Shown one piece after another: positions 1 to 9,200 of a stretch of DNA of 64,000 nucleotides. Position 1 is the first letter of the stretch. The number at the start of each line of letters is the position of its first letter. The stretch is taken from the sequence record ON529860.1. One strand, given 5' to 3'. A program made the translations under genes and the position numbers. A model generated the notes under the pieces. It was given only the letters and a program-made list of their open reading frames with translations, was not told the origin of the DNA and made no database searches.

Positions 1-85
1 CCTGGTAGGCCCAGGGGTAGGCGAAGGGCTTGTAGTAGTCGCGGGGCTCAAGGAGCGAAGGCTGAACGTGGGGGGCGGTGGTCAT
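1..85 (-). CDS. nrdB: Ribonucleotide reductase class Ia beta subunit, N-terminus (runs off the window)
   Basis: Manual translation from ATG at 85 gives MTTAPHVQPSLLEPRDYYKPFAYPWAYQ. The R-x-YKPF-x-YPWA motif is typical of RNR small subunits, and nrdA lies upstream. Not in the ORF track because it is truncated. Confidence 0.85.
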   Translation of the reverse strand, partial: MTTAPHVQPSLLEPRDYYKPFAYPWAYQ

Positions 86-92
86 GTCTATC

Positions 93-662
93 TCAGATGT
101 GGATGGGGTCGGGGGCTTGGTTGCCCCACAGAGCCCAGCCGGGTCGGGCGCGGCGGGCGAAAAGTTCGATCTTGGACGCCTCGGGGTAGAGAGCCTCGAT
201 CCGTTCGTGGACGTCGTCCGGTTTGCGGGAATGTTCGGTTCGGGGCGCGAAGACGGTCTGGACCACCTTCTCGCTCGCCAGCTTCATCGGGCGGCCCTTG
301 GCGACCGGAGAGGCCGCCAGGACGTATTCGGTCAGCGGCTTCACGATGGAGGGGCGCACCCCCTGGGCGCCGATGGGCGTGCCGTCCATCTTGGTCTTGA
401 TCCAGACGAACGCCACGCCGCGATAGTGCAGCTTCCAGGCGCGCAGGCAGTCGATCGCGAAGTCGAGACGCGGCGCCGTCACCCACATGAACAGGACGCC
501 GTTGTCGGACAGTAGCTGGCGCATGGGAAACGCCAGCAGGTCCGCGTCGGGCATCGTGGGGTAGTGGTTCGCCGCCGCGCCCATCTTGTCCTGCTGGCCG
601 TGGTATTCCCACGGCGGGTCGGCCAGCACGACATCGAAGGTCCCCTGAGGGAGGGCGATCAC
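93..662 (-). CDS. MT-A70 family adenine methyltransferase
   Basis: FDVVLADPPW catalytic motif, LFMWVT, HSRKP, and IELFAR-x4-GW-x2-WGNQ, all hallmarks of MT-A70. Confidence 0.9.
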   Translation of the reverse strand: MIALPQGTFDVVLADPPWEYHGQQDKMGAAANHYPTMPDADLLAFPMRQLLSDNGVLFMWVTAPRLDFAIDCLRAWKLHYRGVAFVWIKTKMDGTPIGAQGVRPSIVKPLTEYVLAASPVAKGRPMKLASEKVVQTVFAPRTEHSRKPDDVHERIEALYPEASKIELFARRARPGWALWGNQAPDPIHI

Positions 663-666
663 GCCC

Positions 667-3492
667 TTACCCTTCGCACGCGATGCAGGTGCTGTCGTCG
701 AGCGGGTTGGCGCTGAGGCCGTTCGACGGCGGCGCCTCGTAGGCCTCGATCACCTTGCGCTCCACCTTGGAGTTGGTGTTCTCGGCGCGACGCGGCGTCG
801 TCGAACGGTAATAGTAGAGGCTCTTCAGCGGCGCGCCCTCGCCGTCCGGGTCCCAGGCCATGTAGTGGACCTCGGTCGCATAGCCGGCGTCGGCGTCGTG
901 CGGGAAGGCCAGGTTGATCGACTGCGCCTGGTCGATTTCACCCTGACGGTCACGGGCGTGCTGGACGACCCAGCGCATATCCAGTTCCGTGAAGGTCTTG
1001 AACACGGCGCGGACGTGATCCCAGTCGTCGGCGTCCACGAAGGTGCCGAAGATGTCGTAGACCGCCGGCTCGCCCAGCTTCTCGATACGCACGCCCAGGT
1101 TCTGGATCGACCCCTCGTCCGCGACGATGGCCTTCCAGACCTCGGCCGTATCCAGGTTCCGCTTGCGCAGTTCACGGATCAGGAAGGGGTTCTTGACCGC
1201 GAAGGACCCCGACAGGGTCTTCTGGAGGTAGGCGTTGGCGCGCCAGGGTTCGACCGACGGCGAGGTGTTGCCGCACAGGATCGAGGACGAGGCGTTCGGC
1301 GCGATCGCCAGCTTGTGGGCGAAGCGTTCGCCGGTGCCGGCCATGTCCGGAGCCTCGCCGCGCTCGGCGCCCAGGACCAGCGAAGCCTGATCGGCGTCCG
1401 CCCGGATGTGGCGGAAGATCAGCTTGTTGATCTCGCGCGCCGCATTCGATTCGAACGCGATCATCTTGCGCTGGAGCAGGGCGTGGAAGCCGAGCAGGCC
1501 CAGACCCACCGACCGCTCCTGGGTCGCCGAATAGACCGCATAGGCCAGTTCCGGCGGGGCGTCGTTGATGAAGACCTCCAGGCAGTTGTCAAGCATCCGC
1601 ATCAGGTCAGGGATGAACTCCGGCACCGTGCTCCACTCGGGATACTTCTCGCCGTTCACCGACGACAGGCAGCAGACGGCGGTGCGCTTGGCGCCCGTGT
1701 CGTCGCGGCCGGTCGCCAGGGTGATTTCGGTGCAGTTGCCGGTCAGCAGGCCGTTGAAGACGCCGCGCGACCGCTGGGATTCGGTGAAGCAGAAGGTGTC
1801 CGACTTCCAGGCGAGAGGCTGGACGTCGACGACGACCGGCAGAGGGGTCAGCTTGCCGATGTGATCTTCCGGCAAACGTGACTCCTGCTTGACCAGCAGG
1901 CCCTTGTTCGCCAGGCGATGCACGTCATAGACGTTCAGCATGAAGCCGGCGCCGGTGTCGGTGATGCGCACGCGCGGGGTCAGACCGGCCTCCAGGGCCG
2001 CCAGGCGCATTTCGCGCACCAGGTCGGCGTCGGTCGTGGCGACCGACAGGTAATCCCGGAACCCGGTGGCGTCCGCCTGGTCCAGTTCGATCCACTCGCC
2101 CGCCGCATCCATGACGCCGGCGAACCAGGCCAGACGCGCCTCTTGCGACCAGCGCAGGGGCGCGCGGCCCGACGGGATCGTCTGGGGTTCGAAGCGGATG
2201 TAGAGACCTTCCGCGACCGTGTCGGCCTGGGAGTCCACCGACACCGACAACAGCCGCTTCAGGACGCCCACGTCGGTCTCCCGCGCGAACACCGACAGGC
2301 GGTTCTTGTCCTCGAAACCGGTGAAGGTCGCATAGCCCGCCGTGTAGGCGGTGTCGATCGAATGGGCGGCGTCGTTCGGGTTGACGACGGTCGGATGGTT
2401 GGCCGGCTCCAGGCGCAGGCCCGGCGTCAGTTCGCCGGCGCGTTTCAGGCCTTCGGTGGTGTAGAACTTGTGGTGGGGCGTGCAGTCCAGATGCGAACCG
2501 TCTTCAAACCAGACGCGCACCAGTTCCTGGGCCGTGCCGGTCTGCTCGACGGTGGTGACGCTCCAGTCCTCGCCGTTCCAGACCTCGACCTGCCGGCCCT
2601 TGAGGGCGCCGATCGGCGCATAACCGTCGCGGGTCAGGATTTCCGTCTGCGGCGTGACGCACAGGTTGGACTGATTGACGCGCAGGCCCTTGGCCTTCTG
2701 CGTCGCCGGCAGGGCGGCGTTGGCGTGATCGACGAAGAACAGATAGGGCTCGCCCGTCTGCTTGCGGGTCTCGATGATCAGGCGCCACAGAGCGCGGGCG
2801 TCCACCGTCTCGGTGACCGCCTTGGTCTTCGGGTCGACCAGATCGAACGTGCCTTCATCGCCGACGGCCCGCATGAACTCGTCGGTGATGCAGACGGCGT
2901 TGTGCAGGTTGGTGAACTTGCGGTTCTCGTCGCCGCCCGTCGGCTTGCGACCGGTGATGAACTCGACCACCTCGGGGTGGCTGATGTCCAGGTAGGCCGC
3001 GTAGGAGCCGCGACGGGTGCCGCCCTGGCTGACCGACAGGATCAGGCGGTCGACGGTGGCGATGAAGGGGACGACGCCGGTCGAGGCCGAGCCCTTGGAG
3101 GTCTTGGCGCCGTTCGAGCGCAGGCCGCCCCAGTAGCCGCCGACGCCGCCGCCGACCGACGACAGCCAACCCGTCTCGGCCCAGTGATCGAAGATGCCGG
3201 CGCGGCTGTCTTCGGCGGTGGTCAAGAAGCAGGAGATCGGCAGGCCGCGATCGGTGCCGCCGTTCGACAGCAGCGGCGTAGCGAACATGAACCAGCCCTG
3301 GGACACGTAGTCGTACAGGCGCTGGGCATGGGCTTCATCGTCGGCGAAGGCGGCCGAGGCGCGCGCGAAGGCCTCCTGAGGCGAGGTCTCGCCAGGGATC
3401 AGGTAGCGGTCCCGGAACGTCTGAAGGGTGAATTCATCGAACACCTCGTCGCGCGTGAGATTGAGACGAAGAGACGAGCGATCGACAGACAT
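667..3492 (-). CDS. nrdA: Ribonucleotide reductase class Ia alpha subunit, intein-containing
   Basis: ATPLLSN, PISCF, GGTRRGSYAAYL, SNLC...CTEI, AIAPNASSS, DQAQSIN and LKSLYY motifs, plus a C-terminal CxxC (CIACEG). The ATG at 3492 is preferred over the longer track start. Confidence 0.95.
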   Translation of the reverse strand: MSVDRSSLRLNLTRDEVFDEFTLQTFRDRYLIPGETSPQEAFARASAAFADDEAHAQRLYDYVSQGWFMFATPLLSNGGTDRGLPISCFLTTAEDSRAGIFDHWAETGWLSSVGGGVGGYWGGLRSNGAKTSKGSASTGVVPFIATVDRLILSVSQGGTRRGSYAAYLDISHPEVVEFITGRKPTGGDENRKFTNLHNAVCITDEFMRAVGDEGTFDLVDPKTKAVTETVDARALWRLIIETRKQTGEPYLFFVDHANAALPATQKAKGLRVNQSNLCVTPQTEILTRDGYAPIGALKGRQVEVWNGEDWSVTTVEQTGTAQELVRVWFEDGSHLDCTPHHKFYTTEGLKRAGELTPGLRLEPANHPTVVNPNDAAHSIDTAYTAGYATFTGFEDKNRLSVFARETDVGVLKRLLSVSVDSQADTVAEGLYIRFEPQTIPSGRAPLRWSQEARLAWFAGVMDAAGEWIELDQADATGFRDYLSVATTDADLVREMRLAALEAGLTPRVRITDTGAGFMLNVYDVHRLANKGLLVKQESRLPEDHIGKLTPLPVVVDVQPLAWKSDTFCFTESQRSRGVFNGLLTGNCTEITLATGRDDTGAKRTAVCCLSSVNGEKYPEWSTVPEFIPDLMRMLDNCLEVFINDAPPELAYAVYSATQERSVGLGLLGFHALLQRKMIAFESNAAREINKLIFRHIRADADQASLVLGAERGEAPDMAGTGERFAHKLAIAPNASSSILCGNTSPSVEPWRANAYLQKTLSGSFAVKNPFLIRELRKRNLDTAEVWKAIVADEGSIQNLGVRIEKLGEPAVYDIFGTFVDADDWDHVRAVFKTFTELDMRWVVQHARDRQGEIDQAQSINLAFPHDADAGYATEVHYMAWDPDGEGAPLKSLYYYRSTTPRRAENTNSKVERKVIEAYEAPPSNGLSANPLDDSTCIACEG
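1735..2661 (-). mobile_element. Intein (309 aa) in the nrdA active-site motif, with a degenerate LAGLIDADG domain
   Basis: Starts CVTPQTEILTRDG after SNL and ends GVFNGLLTGN before the catalytic Cys (CTEI). It has a Hint block B-like segment (LDCTPHHKF) and a LAGLIDADG-like segment (WFAGVMDAAG). Confidence 0.92.
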
Positions 3493-3571
3493 AGGCGTTT
3501 CCGAAGAAAAGGCTCTGCCCAGCAAAAAGTGCTGTCTAAACAGAGCCTTAGAGATTTAGTGAAAGGTGGTC

Positions 3572-3612
3572 ACTCTATCGAGAAACCGGTTGATTGTCAA
3601 TTATTACGGCAG
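3572..3612 (-). promoter_or_regulatory. Sigma70-type promoter for nrdA with an upstream TGCC-N7 element
   Basis: Minus strand reads CTGCC-N7-TTGACA-17 nt-TAGAGT. Confidence 0.75.
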
Positions 3613-3663
3613 TCAGTTGGGGAGATTGATTCCTTGACAGGCACTCATCCCGAAACGTGACTC

Positions 3664-3885
3664 TTACTCGTCCGCGTACTTCAGATTGGCCGCGCGCAGG
3701 ATGTCCCTGACATTGCACAGCTTTCCATCCAGGGTGTAGCCCAGCTTGGTCTCCTTCATACGGGGACCGAGAATCGTCTGGGCGATCTCCATCAGAGGCG
3801 GCGGGTCGTTGAAAGGCACGACGGGGTGGTTGTCCTCGCGCGGCAGGCGCTTGGACAGTTTCTCGTTGACGGGTTTGCGAGCCAT
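3664..3885 (-). CDS. Hypothetical protein (73 aa)
   Basis: Fits the tightly packed minus-strand operon and has phage-like codon usage. Confidence 0.65.
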   Translation of the reverse strand: MARKPVNEKLSKRLPREDNHPVVPFNDPPPLMEIAQTILGPRMKETKLGYTLDGKLCNVRDILRAANLKYADE

Positions 3886-3888
3886 AGG

Positions 3889-4170
3889 CTAGGCGGCCCC
3901 TTTACAGGTCTTGGGATGGGCGTTGTCCGGGACGACGCAGGTGCGCTCGGTGCGGACGCAGATTTGGCGCGGATGATCGACGTCGATCCACTGTCCCTGG
4001 ACCAGGCGACGGACCTGGCCCAGTTCGGTGCGGTAGGCGGCGCAGGTCGTCTCCCAGTACGGCCGGGGCTTGATCACCCCGACCGCTTTGGAGACCTCGT
4101 AGGCGCCCCCGGCCGCGCCGGCGAGCGCCACGAACCAGAACGCGACGCGTAGCTGAGTGACGATGCGCAT
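3889..4170 (-). CDS. Hypothetical exported or membrane-anchored protein
   Basis: N-terminal hydrophobic segment and four Cys; its start overlaps the stop of the upstream gene. Confidence 0.65.
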   Translation of the reverse strand: MRIVTQLRVAFWFVALAGAAGGAYEVSKAVGVIKPRPYWETTCAAYRTELGQVRRLVQGQWIDVDHPRQICVRTERTCVVPDNAHPKTCKGAA

Positions 4171-4601
4171 CAGGCGCCGCGCACCCGGTCGGGATAGGCG
4201 GTATGGATCGGGCTCGGGGCCGTGATCTTGACCTTGGTGATCCGATGCGGCGGATAGTGGACCAGCACATGCGGCTGGTTCGTCTGGACCGAGCGATAGC
4301 CCGTCGCGATGATGGCCGAGACGTGCTCGCGCGCCGCCGGCATCGACGGCAGGTCGTATTCGTAGACGAGGCCGTCGTCGATATAGACCGAGACGACCCA
4401 GTTCTGCGGAATCGTGCCGCCGCCGGCCGCAGCGGCGTCGCCAGGGCCTCCCCGATAAACGTCGCGGGGCACGGCGCTGCCGCCGCCGAGGGTCGAGACC
4501 GCCGCCTCGCCGCCGCCCACGACGACGGGAACGTCAGCGGCGGAGGCGTAGGGACGTCCGGACGCGTCTTCGCGCCCCATGCCGAGGAAACCGGGGCTCA
4601 C
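4170..4601 (-). CDS. Hypothetical protein
   Basis: Operon packing; globular-looking C-terminal half. Confidence 0.6.
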   Translation of the reverse strand: MSPGFLGMGREDASGRPYASAADVPVVVGGGEAAVSTLGGGSAVPRDVYRGGPGDAAAAGGGTIPQNWVVSVYIDDGLVYEYDLPSMPAAREHVSAIIATGYRSVQTNQPHVLVHYPPHRITKVKITAPSPIHTAYPDRVRGA

Positions 4602-4604
4602 GCC

Positions 4605-4979
4605 CTAGCCCTCGACGGTCGAGACGGCCCCGGCCAGGGCTTCGTCGGCGGCGTCGGCGATCGCGTCTTCCGCCTCGCCGGCTTCAAGCTGCTGCGTGAC
4701 GCTGCGCAGGGTCTCATTGACCAGGTTGACGGCGCTGCGGAAGTCTTCCGGCTGCGTCTGGATGATGTTCGACACCGCCAGGGCGATCACGTCGACGATC
4801 GACACCGGGAACGACTTGTCCGGGTAGAGTTCGTTCATCTTGGCGCCGTGCAGGCCCAGGCCGACGGTGAAACCGCCGCCGGGGGCTTCGGTCAGGGTGA
4901 TGATGGCCTTGGGGGCTTCGGTCATGGCGGACTTCTTGGCTTGACGGCGCTGGAGGCGCGACTTGGAGGAGGTGGTCAT
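4605..4979 (-). CDS. Hypothetical protein
   Basis: Operon packing and codon usage. Confidence 0.7.
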   Translation of the reverse strand: MTTSSKSRLQRRQAKKSAMTEAPKAIITLTEAPGGGFTVGLGLHGAKMNELYPDKSFPVSIVDVIALAVSNIIQTQPEDFRSAVNLVNETLRSVTQQLEAGEAEDAIADAADEALAGAVSTVEG

Positions 4980-4991
4980 GAGACTCTTGGG

Positions 4992-5294
4992 TTAGGCGCC
5001 GAGCGGTTCGTCTTCTCGGCGCAGCAGGTGTTGAATGCGGTTGGCGGCGTCGACCTCGTTGATCGAGCCCGACGCCAGCAGTTCATCCATGCGGTCGGCG
5101 ATCAGGCCCTCTTCGTCGAGGGTCAGGACCGCGAGGAGGTAGAGACCCGCCAGCGAGACGTGCTTGCGGATGTCCGGCCGTTCAGGGAAGTTGACGATCA
5201 GTTCCACGTCGGCTTCTTCGTCGTCGCCGACGTCAAAGAGGTCCAGCGTGTATTGCCGCAGCGCGAACAGATCGTCGGTGGGGGTAGAGGACAT
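4992..5294 (-). CDS. Hypothetical acidic protein
   Basis: ATG at 5294 (MSSTPTDDL); operon packing. Confidence 0.65.
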   Translation of the reverse strand: MSSTPTDDLFALRQYTLDLFDVGDDEEADVELIVNFPERPDIRKHVSLAGLYLLAVLTLDEEGLIADRMDELLASGSINEVDAANRIQHLLRREDEPLGA

Positions 5295-5376
5295 GACCGG
5301 CGGTCTCCAGAACGTCATTGCCGTGATTGTTGTCAATCATTGTCATGATGGCTGGCGCCGGTCAACGGTGTTTCCC

Positions 5377-5646
5377 CTAAGAAACCCTGTCGGTTGAGGG
5401 AGTTGACCCGAAGCGCGCAGGAGGGTGCGGCAGCGGAGTCCACCATTCGTGATAGCCCGGCCAACCGCCCAGATTGACCACGGCGGTGAAGTCGCCGATC
5501 GACAGTTCGTAGCCCCGGCCCAGGCACAGGGGCGAACCGACATAGGGCGCCTCGGTGACCGGGTTGGTCCACCACAGAACGTCGCCCATGTCCTCGTGCC
5601 ACTCGTCGATATGTCGGGCGTCAGGGGACGGCGGGCGCGCGGTCAT
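5377..5646 (-). CDS. Hypothetical Trp/Pro-rich protein
   Basis: 3' part of track ORF 5377..6249 (MTARPPSPDARHIDEWHEDMGDVLWW); its start overlaps the upstream stop. Confidence 0.65.
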   Translation of the reverse strand: MTARPPSPDARHIDEWHEDMGDVLWWTNPVTEAPYVGSPLCLGRGYELSIGDFTAVVNLGGWPGYHEWWTPLPHPPARFGSTPSTDRVS

Positions 5647-5864
5647 GCCCATTCTCCCTGATGCAGGCGGCTGTCGCCGTATTGGCGCTCCAGCGGGGCC
5701 TTGAAAACGACGTCCTGGGGGCCGGCGACCTTCTTGGCGTAGGGCGGGATGAAGAGCCCGGACATGCCGGGCTCGTCGATCCAATCCTGCCACTCCGACC
5801 GCGCCGCCTGCTCGACCAGATACCACTGATCGCGCACCTGGGAGAGGAAGTAGTAGCCTCGCAT
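5643..5864 (-). CDS. Hypothetical protein
   Basis: MRGYYFLSQVRDQW; the start overlaps the thyX stop. Confidence 0.6.
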   Translation of the reverse strand: MRGYYFLSQVRDQWYLVEQAARSEWQDWIDEPGMSGLFIPPYAKKVAGPQDVVFKAPLERQYGDSRLHQGEWA

Positions 5865-6799
5865 CACAGGCACTCGTTCGGCACGAACTTGCGGAACTGG
5901 GCGAAGCCCTTGAGATTGCCCTGCACCCAGTCAGGCTCGACGTCGAAGGCGATGCGGGCCTGGTGCTCCAGCGGCGAGGCGTGCAACGGCGTGGCGCCGG
6001 CCAGGCGCAGATAGAGGTTGAGATCAGTGTCGATCTCGGGACGGGCGCCGTCGTGCTTGGAATAGCTGACGCGGCAGCAGCGGGCGGTGGAGATCGCCAG
6101 CAGCAGAGCATCGACCGGCGACACGCGTTCGAACGGTCCGCCCAGGTTCTTGACGCCGCACAGGGTGTCGATGATCTGGTAGGCGAGCGGATGACGATTG
6201 AGTTCGAGGACCACCCGCTTGGCGTCGGCGATGTCGTCTTCGGTGACATAGGGCAGATGCCAGTCGCCTTCGCGCAGCAGGCGCGGTTCGGCGTCCTGGC
6301 GCGCCTGCTTGATCGCCTGGGCCAGATGCATGATCTCGTCCTGGGCGTCGGTGTGGTCGCGCAGGGCGTCGAAGTTCGACCAGGTGGTCGAGGTGGCGAC
6401 CACCTCGATATAGCCGAACCACTCCAGCGGCCGGTTGACCCACTGCTTGTGCACGTTCAGGCCGTCCTTGGCCGCCAGCAGACGGGTCTTCTCCAGGACG
6501 AAGTCCGCCATCTCTCGCCAGATCGCCTCGGCCTCGGCCTGCTTGTCCGGCGACAGGAAGTCCCCCGGCTGCATGCCGGGCTGATTGACGCGGAACTGCG
6601 GGACGTAGATGTCGGCGTCGCGGATCGTCAGCGAGGCGTGAGGAATGGCGCGGCTCGACGAAGCGTTGCGGCTGAAGACGCGGTGCGTCATGAAGTCGGC
6701 GTGCACCATGCGCGGGTAGCGCAGTTGCAGGGTGTCGATGCGCTCGCCGTCCTCGGTGATCGAGGAGGCGATGGATTTAGCGGTGATTTGAGGAATCAT
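5864..6799 (-). CDS. thyX: FAD-dependent thymidylate synthase
   Basis: FMTHRVFSRNASSSRAIP signature, plus STARCCRVSY and HASPLEHQA. The ATG is at 6799. Confidence 0.92.
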   Translation of the reverse strand: MIPQITAKSIASSITEDGERIDTLQLRYPRMVHADFMTHRVFSRNASSSRAIPHASLTIRDADIYVPQFRVNQPGMQPGDFLSPDKQAEAEAIWREMADFVLEKTRLLAAKDGLNVHKQWVNRPLEWFGYIEVVATSTTWSNFDALRDHTDAQDEIMHLAQAIKQARQDAEPRLLREGDWHLPYVTEDDIADAKRVVLELNRHPLAYQIIDTLCGVKNLGGPFERVSPVDALLLAISTARCCRVSYSKHDGARPEIDTDLNLYLRLAGATPLHASPLEHQARIAFDVEPDWVQGNLKGFAQFRKFVPNECL

Positions 6800-7038
6800 T
6801 CGGAAGGCTTCCAGTCCTTGGACCAGCTTTGCTTGATCGCGGCGGTGAAGAGTTGAACGGGGCGGCTGTAGAAGTCGGCGAAGGCCTCCCAGGCGTCGCC
6901 CAGGGCGCTGGGAAGGACCCAAAGGACGGTCGGGGCCATGCCGACCACCATCACCGGCACGGCGATGAAGATCACCGCCAGGCGTCGCAGGAAGGTGGAG
7001 CGGATGCCGCCGATCAGGCCGTTGGGTCCGGGAGCCAT
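6796..7038 (-). CDS. Small membrane protein
   Basis: One hydrophobic segment; overlaps both neighbours. Confidence 0.6.
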   Translation of the reverse strand: MAPGPNGLIGGIRSTFLRRLAVIFIAVPVMVVGMAPTVLWVLPSALGDAWEAFADFYSRPVQLFTAAIKQSWSKDWKPSE

Positions 7039-7658
7039 CAGACGATGGCCGGGCCGGTGGTGAAGGTCGCCAGCGGCACGGCGTGCGCCGGCGCCAGCAG
7101 CAGGGCGGTGTCACGCAGTTCGCGAACCGTGCGATCGTTGACGATCGTCAGGTCGACCCGCAGCAAGGGGATTTCGCGTTCCGAGGCGTGGGCGCCGTAG
7201 ACGTCCATGATCTTCTGATCGTCGCCGTGGTTGTTCATCTTGCGCGGGTCGGTGATCTTGACCAGAGACGCGCCCATGGAGCGCAGCATGGCCGCCTCGT
7301 TCAGGAAGCGGCAGTCGGAACAGATCACGCCTTCGGCCCCATCACGCAGCAGGTCAGAGACCGTGCGTTCGAACGCCTTGACCCAGGTATCGTCGAGGTA
7401 GCCCCGGAACATCTCGGTGCCGATCCGCTGAAGCAGTTCGCGCGGCGATTTGAACGGATAGCGATCCAGCGGCGTCTCTTTCAGCACCGGGTCGAGCATC
7501 TCGATGTAGGAGACGCCGTAGACGCGATGGCAGACGTCCCGCACCGGGTCGGCGAAGTTGACGTGGGCGTAGCCGTAGGTTTCGGTCAGGGCTTCGGCGG
7601 CGGTGGTCTTGCCATGGCCGCGCAGTCCGGTGAACGCGATGATGGGGCGGGCGCTCAT
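7038..7658 (-). CDS. Deoxynucleoside monophosphate kinase
   Basis: IAFTGLRGHGKTT P-loop, FADPVR, PRELLQRIGTE and SDCRFLNE. Confidence 0.9.
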   Translation of the reverse strand: MSARPIIAFTGLRGHGKTTAAEALTETYGYAHVNFADPVRDVCHRVYGVSYIEMLDPVLKETPLDRYPFKSPRELLQRIGTEMFRGYLDDTWVKAFERTVSDLLRDGAEGVICSDCRFLNEAAMLRSMGASLVKITDPRKMNNHGDDQKIMDVYGAHASEREIPLLRVDLTIVNDRTVRELRDTALLLAPAHAVPLATFTTGPAIV

Positions 7659-7682
7659 GGGCGCAGTCCTTTCAGGCAAGGG

Positions 7683-9029
7683 TCAAACGAGGATTTTGAG
7701 GGTTTCAGCGGCGCGGGTGATGCCGGTGTAGAGGTGCTTGTCCGCGTCCTCCCGGAAGCAGCCCGACTCGTCGATGAGCACGACATGGTCCGACTGCGAG
7801 CCCTGGAAGTTGTGCACCGTCAGCGCATAGGCCCAGTCGAGTTGGATCAGACGCTGCTTGGCCCGGTAGGCCGAACGGCTGTCGGTCGAGAAGGAGTTCT
7901 TCTTGGTCGTGTAGTGCTCTTCGAACAGGCCCTGGAAGACGGCCTTGTCCATGTATTGCGCGCCGTCCTCGTCCTCGAACGACATGCGGCAGGCGTTCTG
8001 ACCCGGCGAGAGATGGACCTGTTCCGACAGGCAGGTCGCCAGGGCGCCGTTGACCAGAGCCGGATGCTCCTTGGAGTTCTTGCGAACGATCAGCGGCTCG
8101 CCGCCGACCGGGCCGGAGGCCAGGCCTTCGCGATACATCCGCGTGATCCGCCACCGCGTGCGGTTGGTGCCGCACAGCACCTGAGGCACCTCGACGTCGA
8201 GACCCTGACGACGTTCCGCCGCCGCCTGGATGGCGCTCTCGGGGTCATAGTCGCGACGGCTCAGAACCTCGGCGCGCACGACGCCCGAGGAATCCTTGAA
8301 CTGCCCCATCGGCAGGTCCTTGCCCTGACGGGCCAGGGTGGCAAGCTGGATGATGGGGTTGTCGGCGGCCTGGCGGTGGATTTCGGTAAGGAAGAAATCG
8401 GGGTCGCCCGCCGTCAATCCAGGCTTGTCGCCGACCGGGGGAAGCTGGCCCGGATCGCCCATGGCGATGATCGGCACCTTGAACGACATCAGGTCACGCG
8501 TCATCTGGAGGCCGACCATGGAGGCCTCGTCGACGACGATCACCTTCTTGTTGGCGATCGCGCTGTCGCCGTTAAGCTGGAAGTTGATGCGGTCCTCGAC
8601 GTAGCAGTTCTCCAGGTCGGCTTCGAGGCGGCGGATCGTGGCCTGGACCTTGACGATCTCGGCATGAGCGCCGCCCGACTTCAGCAGGACGTCGCGCGCG
8701 ACCTGGGCGGCGTACAGTTCGTTTTCCAACTGGCCCACAGGCGCCGGCTTGGCGCGATAGATGGCCGAGTGGATCGTCGAGGCGAACGGCAGGGCGAACT
8801 TCTGCGCCTTCAGCTTGGCGCTCATGATCTTGGCGGCCTTGCCGGTCGGCGCGCAGAAGCCGATCTCTTCCGGCTTGAAACCCAGATCATCCAGAATGAA
8901 CGGCAGGATGGTCGACTTACCGGTGCCCGCGTAGCCGCCGATATAGGTGACGTCCTCCGGATACTCGCCTTTCAGGCGGGCCGTGACGACGCGCACGGCA
9001 TCGCCCTGGTGTTCGGTAAGGGTGGTCAT
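7683..9029 (-). CDS. Dda/RecD-like SF1B DNA helicase
   Basis: GYAGTGKST, APTGKAA, VDEASMV, GDPGQLPPV, LTEIHRQ, YALTVHNFQGSQ and YTGITRA. An alternative TTG start lies at 9047. Confidence 0.92.
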   Translation of the reverse strand: MTTLTEHQGDAVRVVTARLKGEYPEDVTYIGGYAGTGKSTILPFILDDLGFKPEEIGFCAPTGKAAKIMSAKLKAQKFALPFASTIHSAIYRAKPAPVGQLENELYAAQVARDVLLKSGGAHAEIVKVQATIRRLEADLENCYVEDRINFQLNGDSAIANKKVIVVDEASMVGLQMTRDLMSFKVPIIAMGDPGQLPPVGDKPGLTAGDPDFFLTEIHRQAADNPIIQLATLARQGKDLPMGQFKDSSGVVRAEVLSRRDYDPESAIQAAAERRQGLDVEVPQVLCGTNRTRWRITRMYREGLASGPVGGEPLIVRKNSKEHPALVNGALATCLSEQVHLSPGQNACRMSFEDEDGAQYMDKAVFQGLFEEHYTTKKNSFSTDSRSAYRAKQRLIQLDWAYALTVHNFQGSQSDHVVLIDESGCFREDADKHLYTGITRAAETLKILV

Positions 9030-9159
9030 ATCCGAAAGGTGCGCCAAGGGGTCTTGGACGGGATCACACTGAAGGAGGTCGGCAGCCGATCAGGCGCACG
9101 CACGCTCCCCCAGTCGAACCGACTGAGAGCGATGGAGAGGAAACGGGTGAGAGGGAAGC

Positions 9160-9185
9160 GCCCCGCCCGGTTCACCGGGCGGGGC
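9160..9185 (-). terminator. GC-rich hairpin downstream of the SSB-like gene
   Basis: GCCCCGCCCGG-ttca-CCGGGCGGGGC, an 11-bp stem; the U-tract is weak. Confidence 0.55.
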
Positions 9186-9200
9186 CTTCAGCCACGTCGC

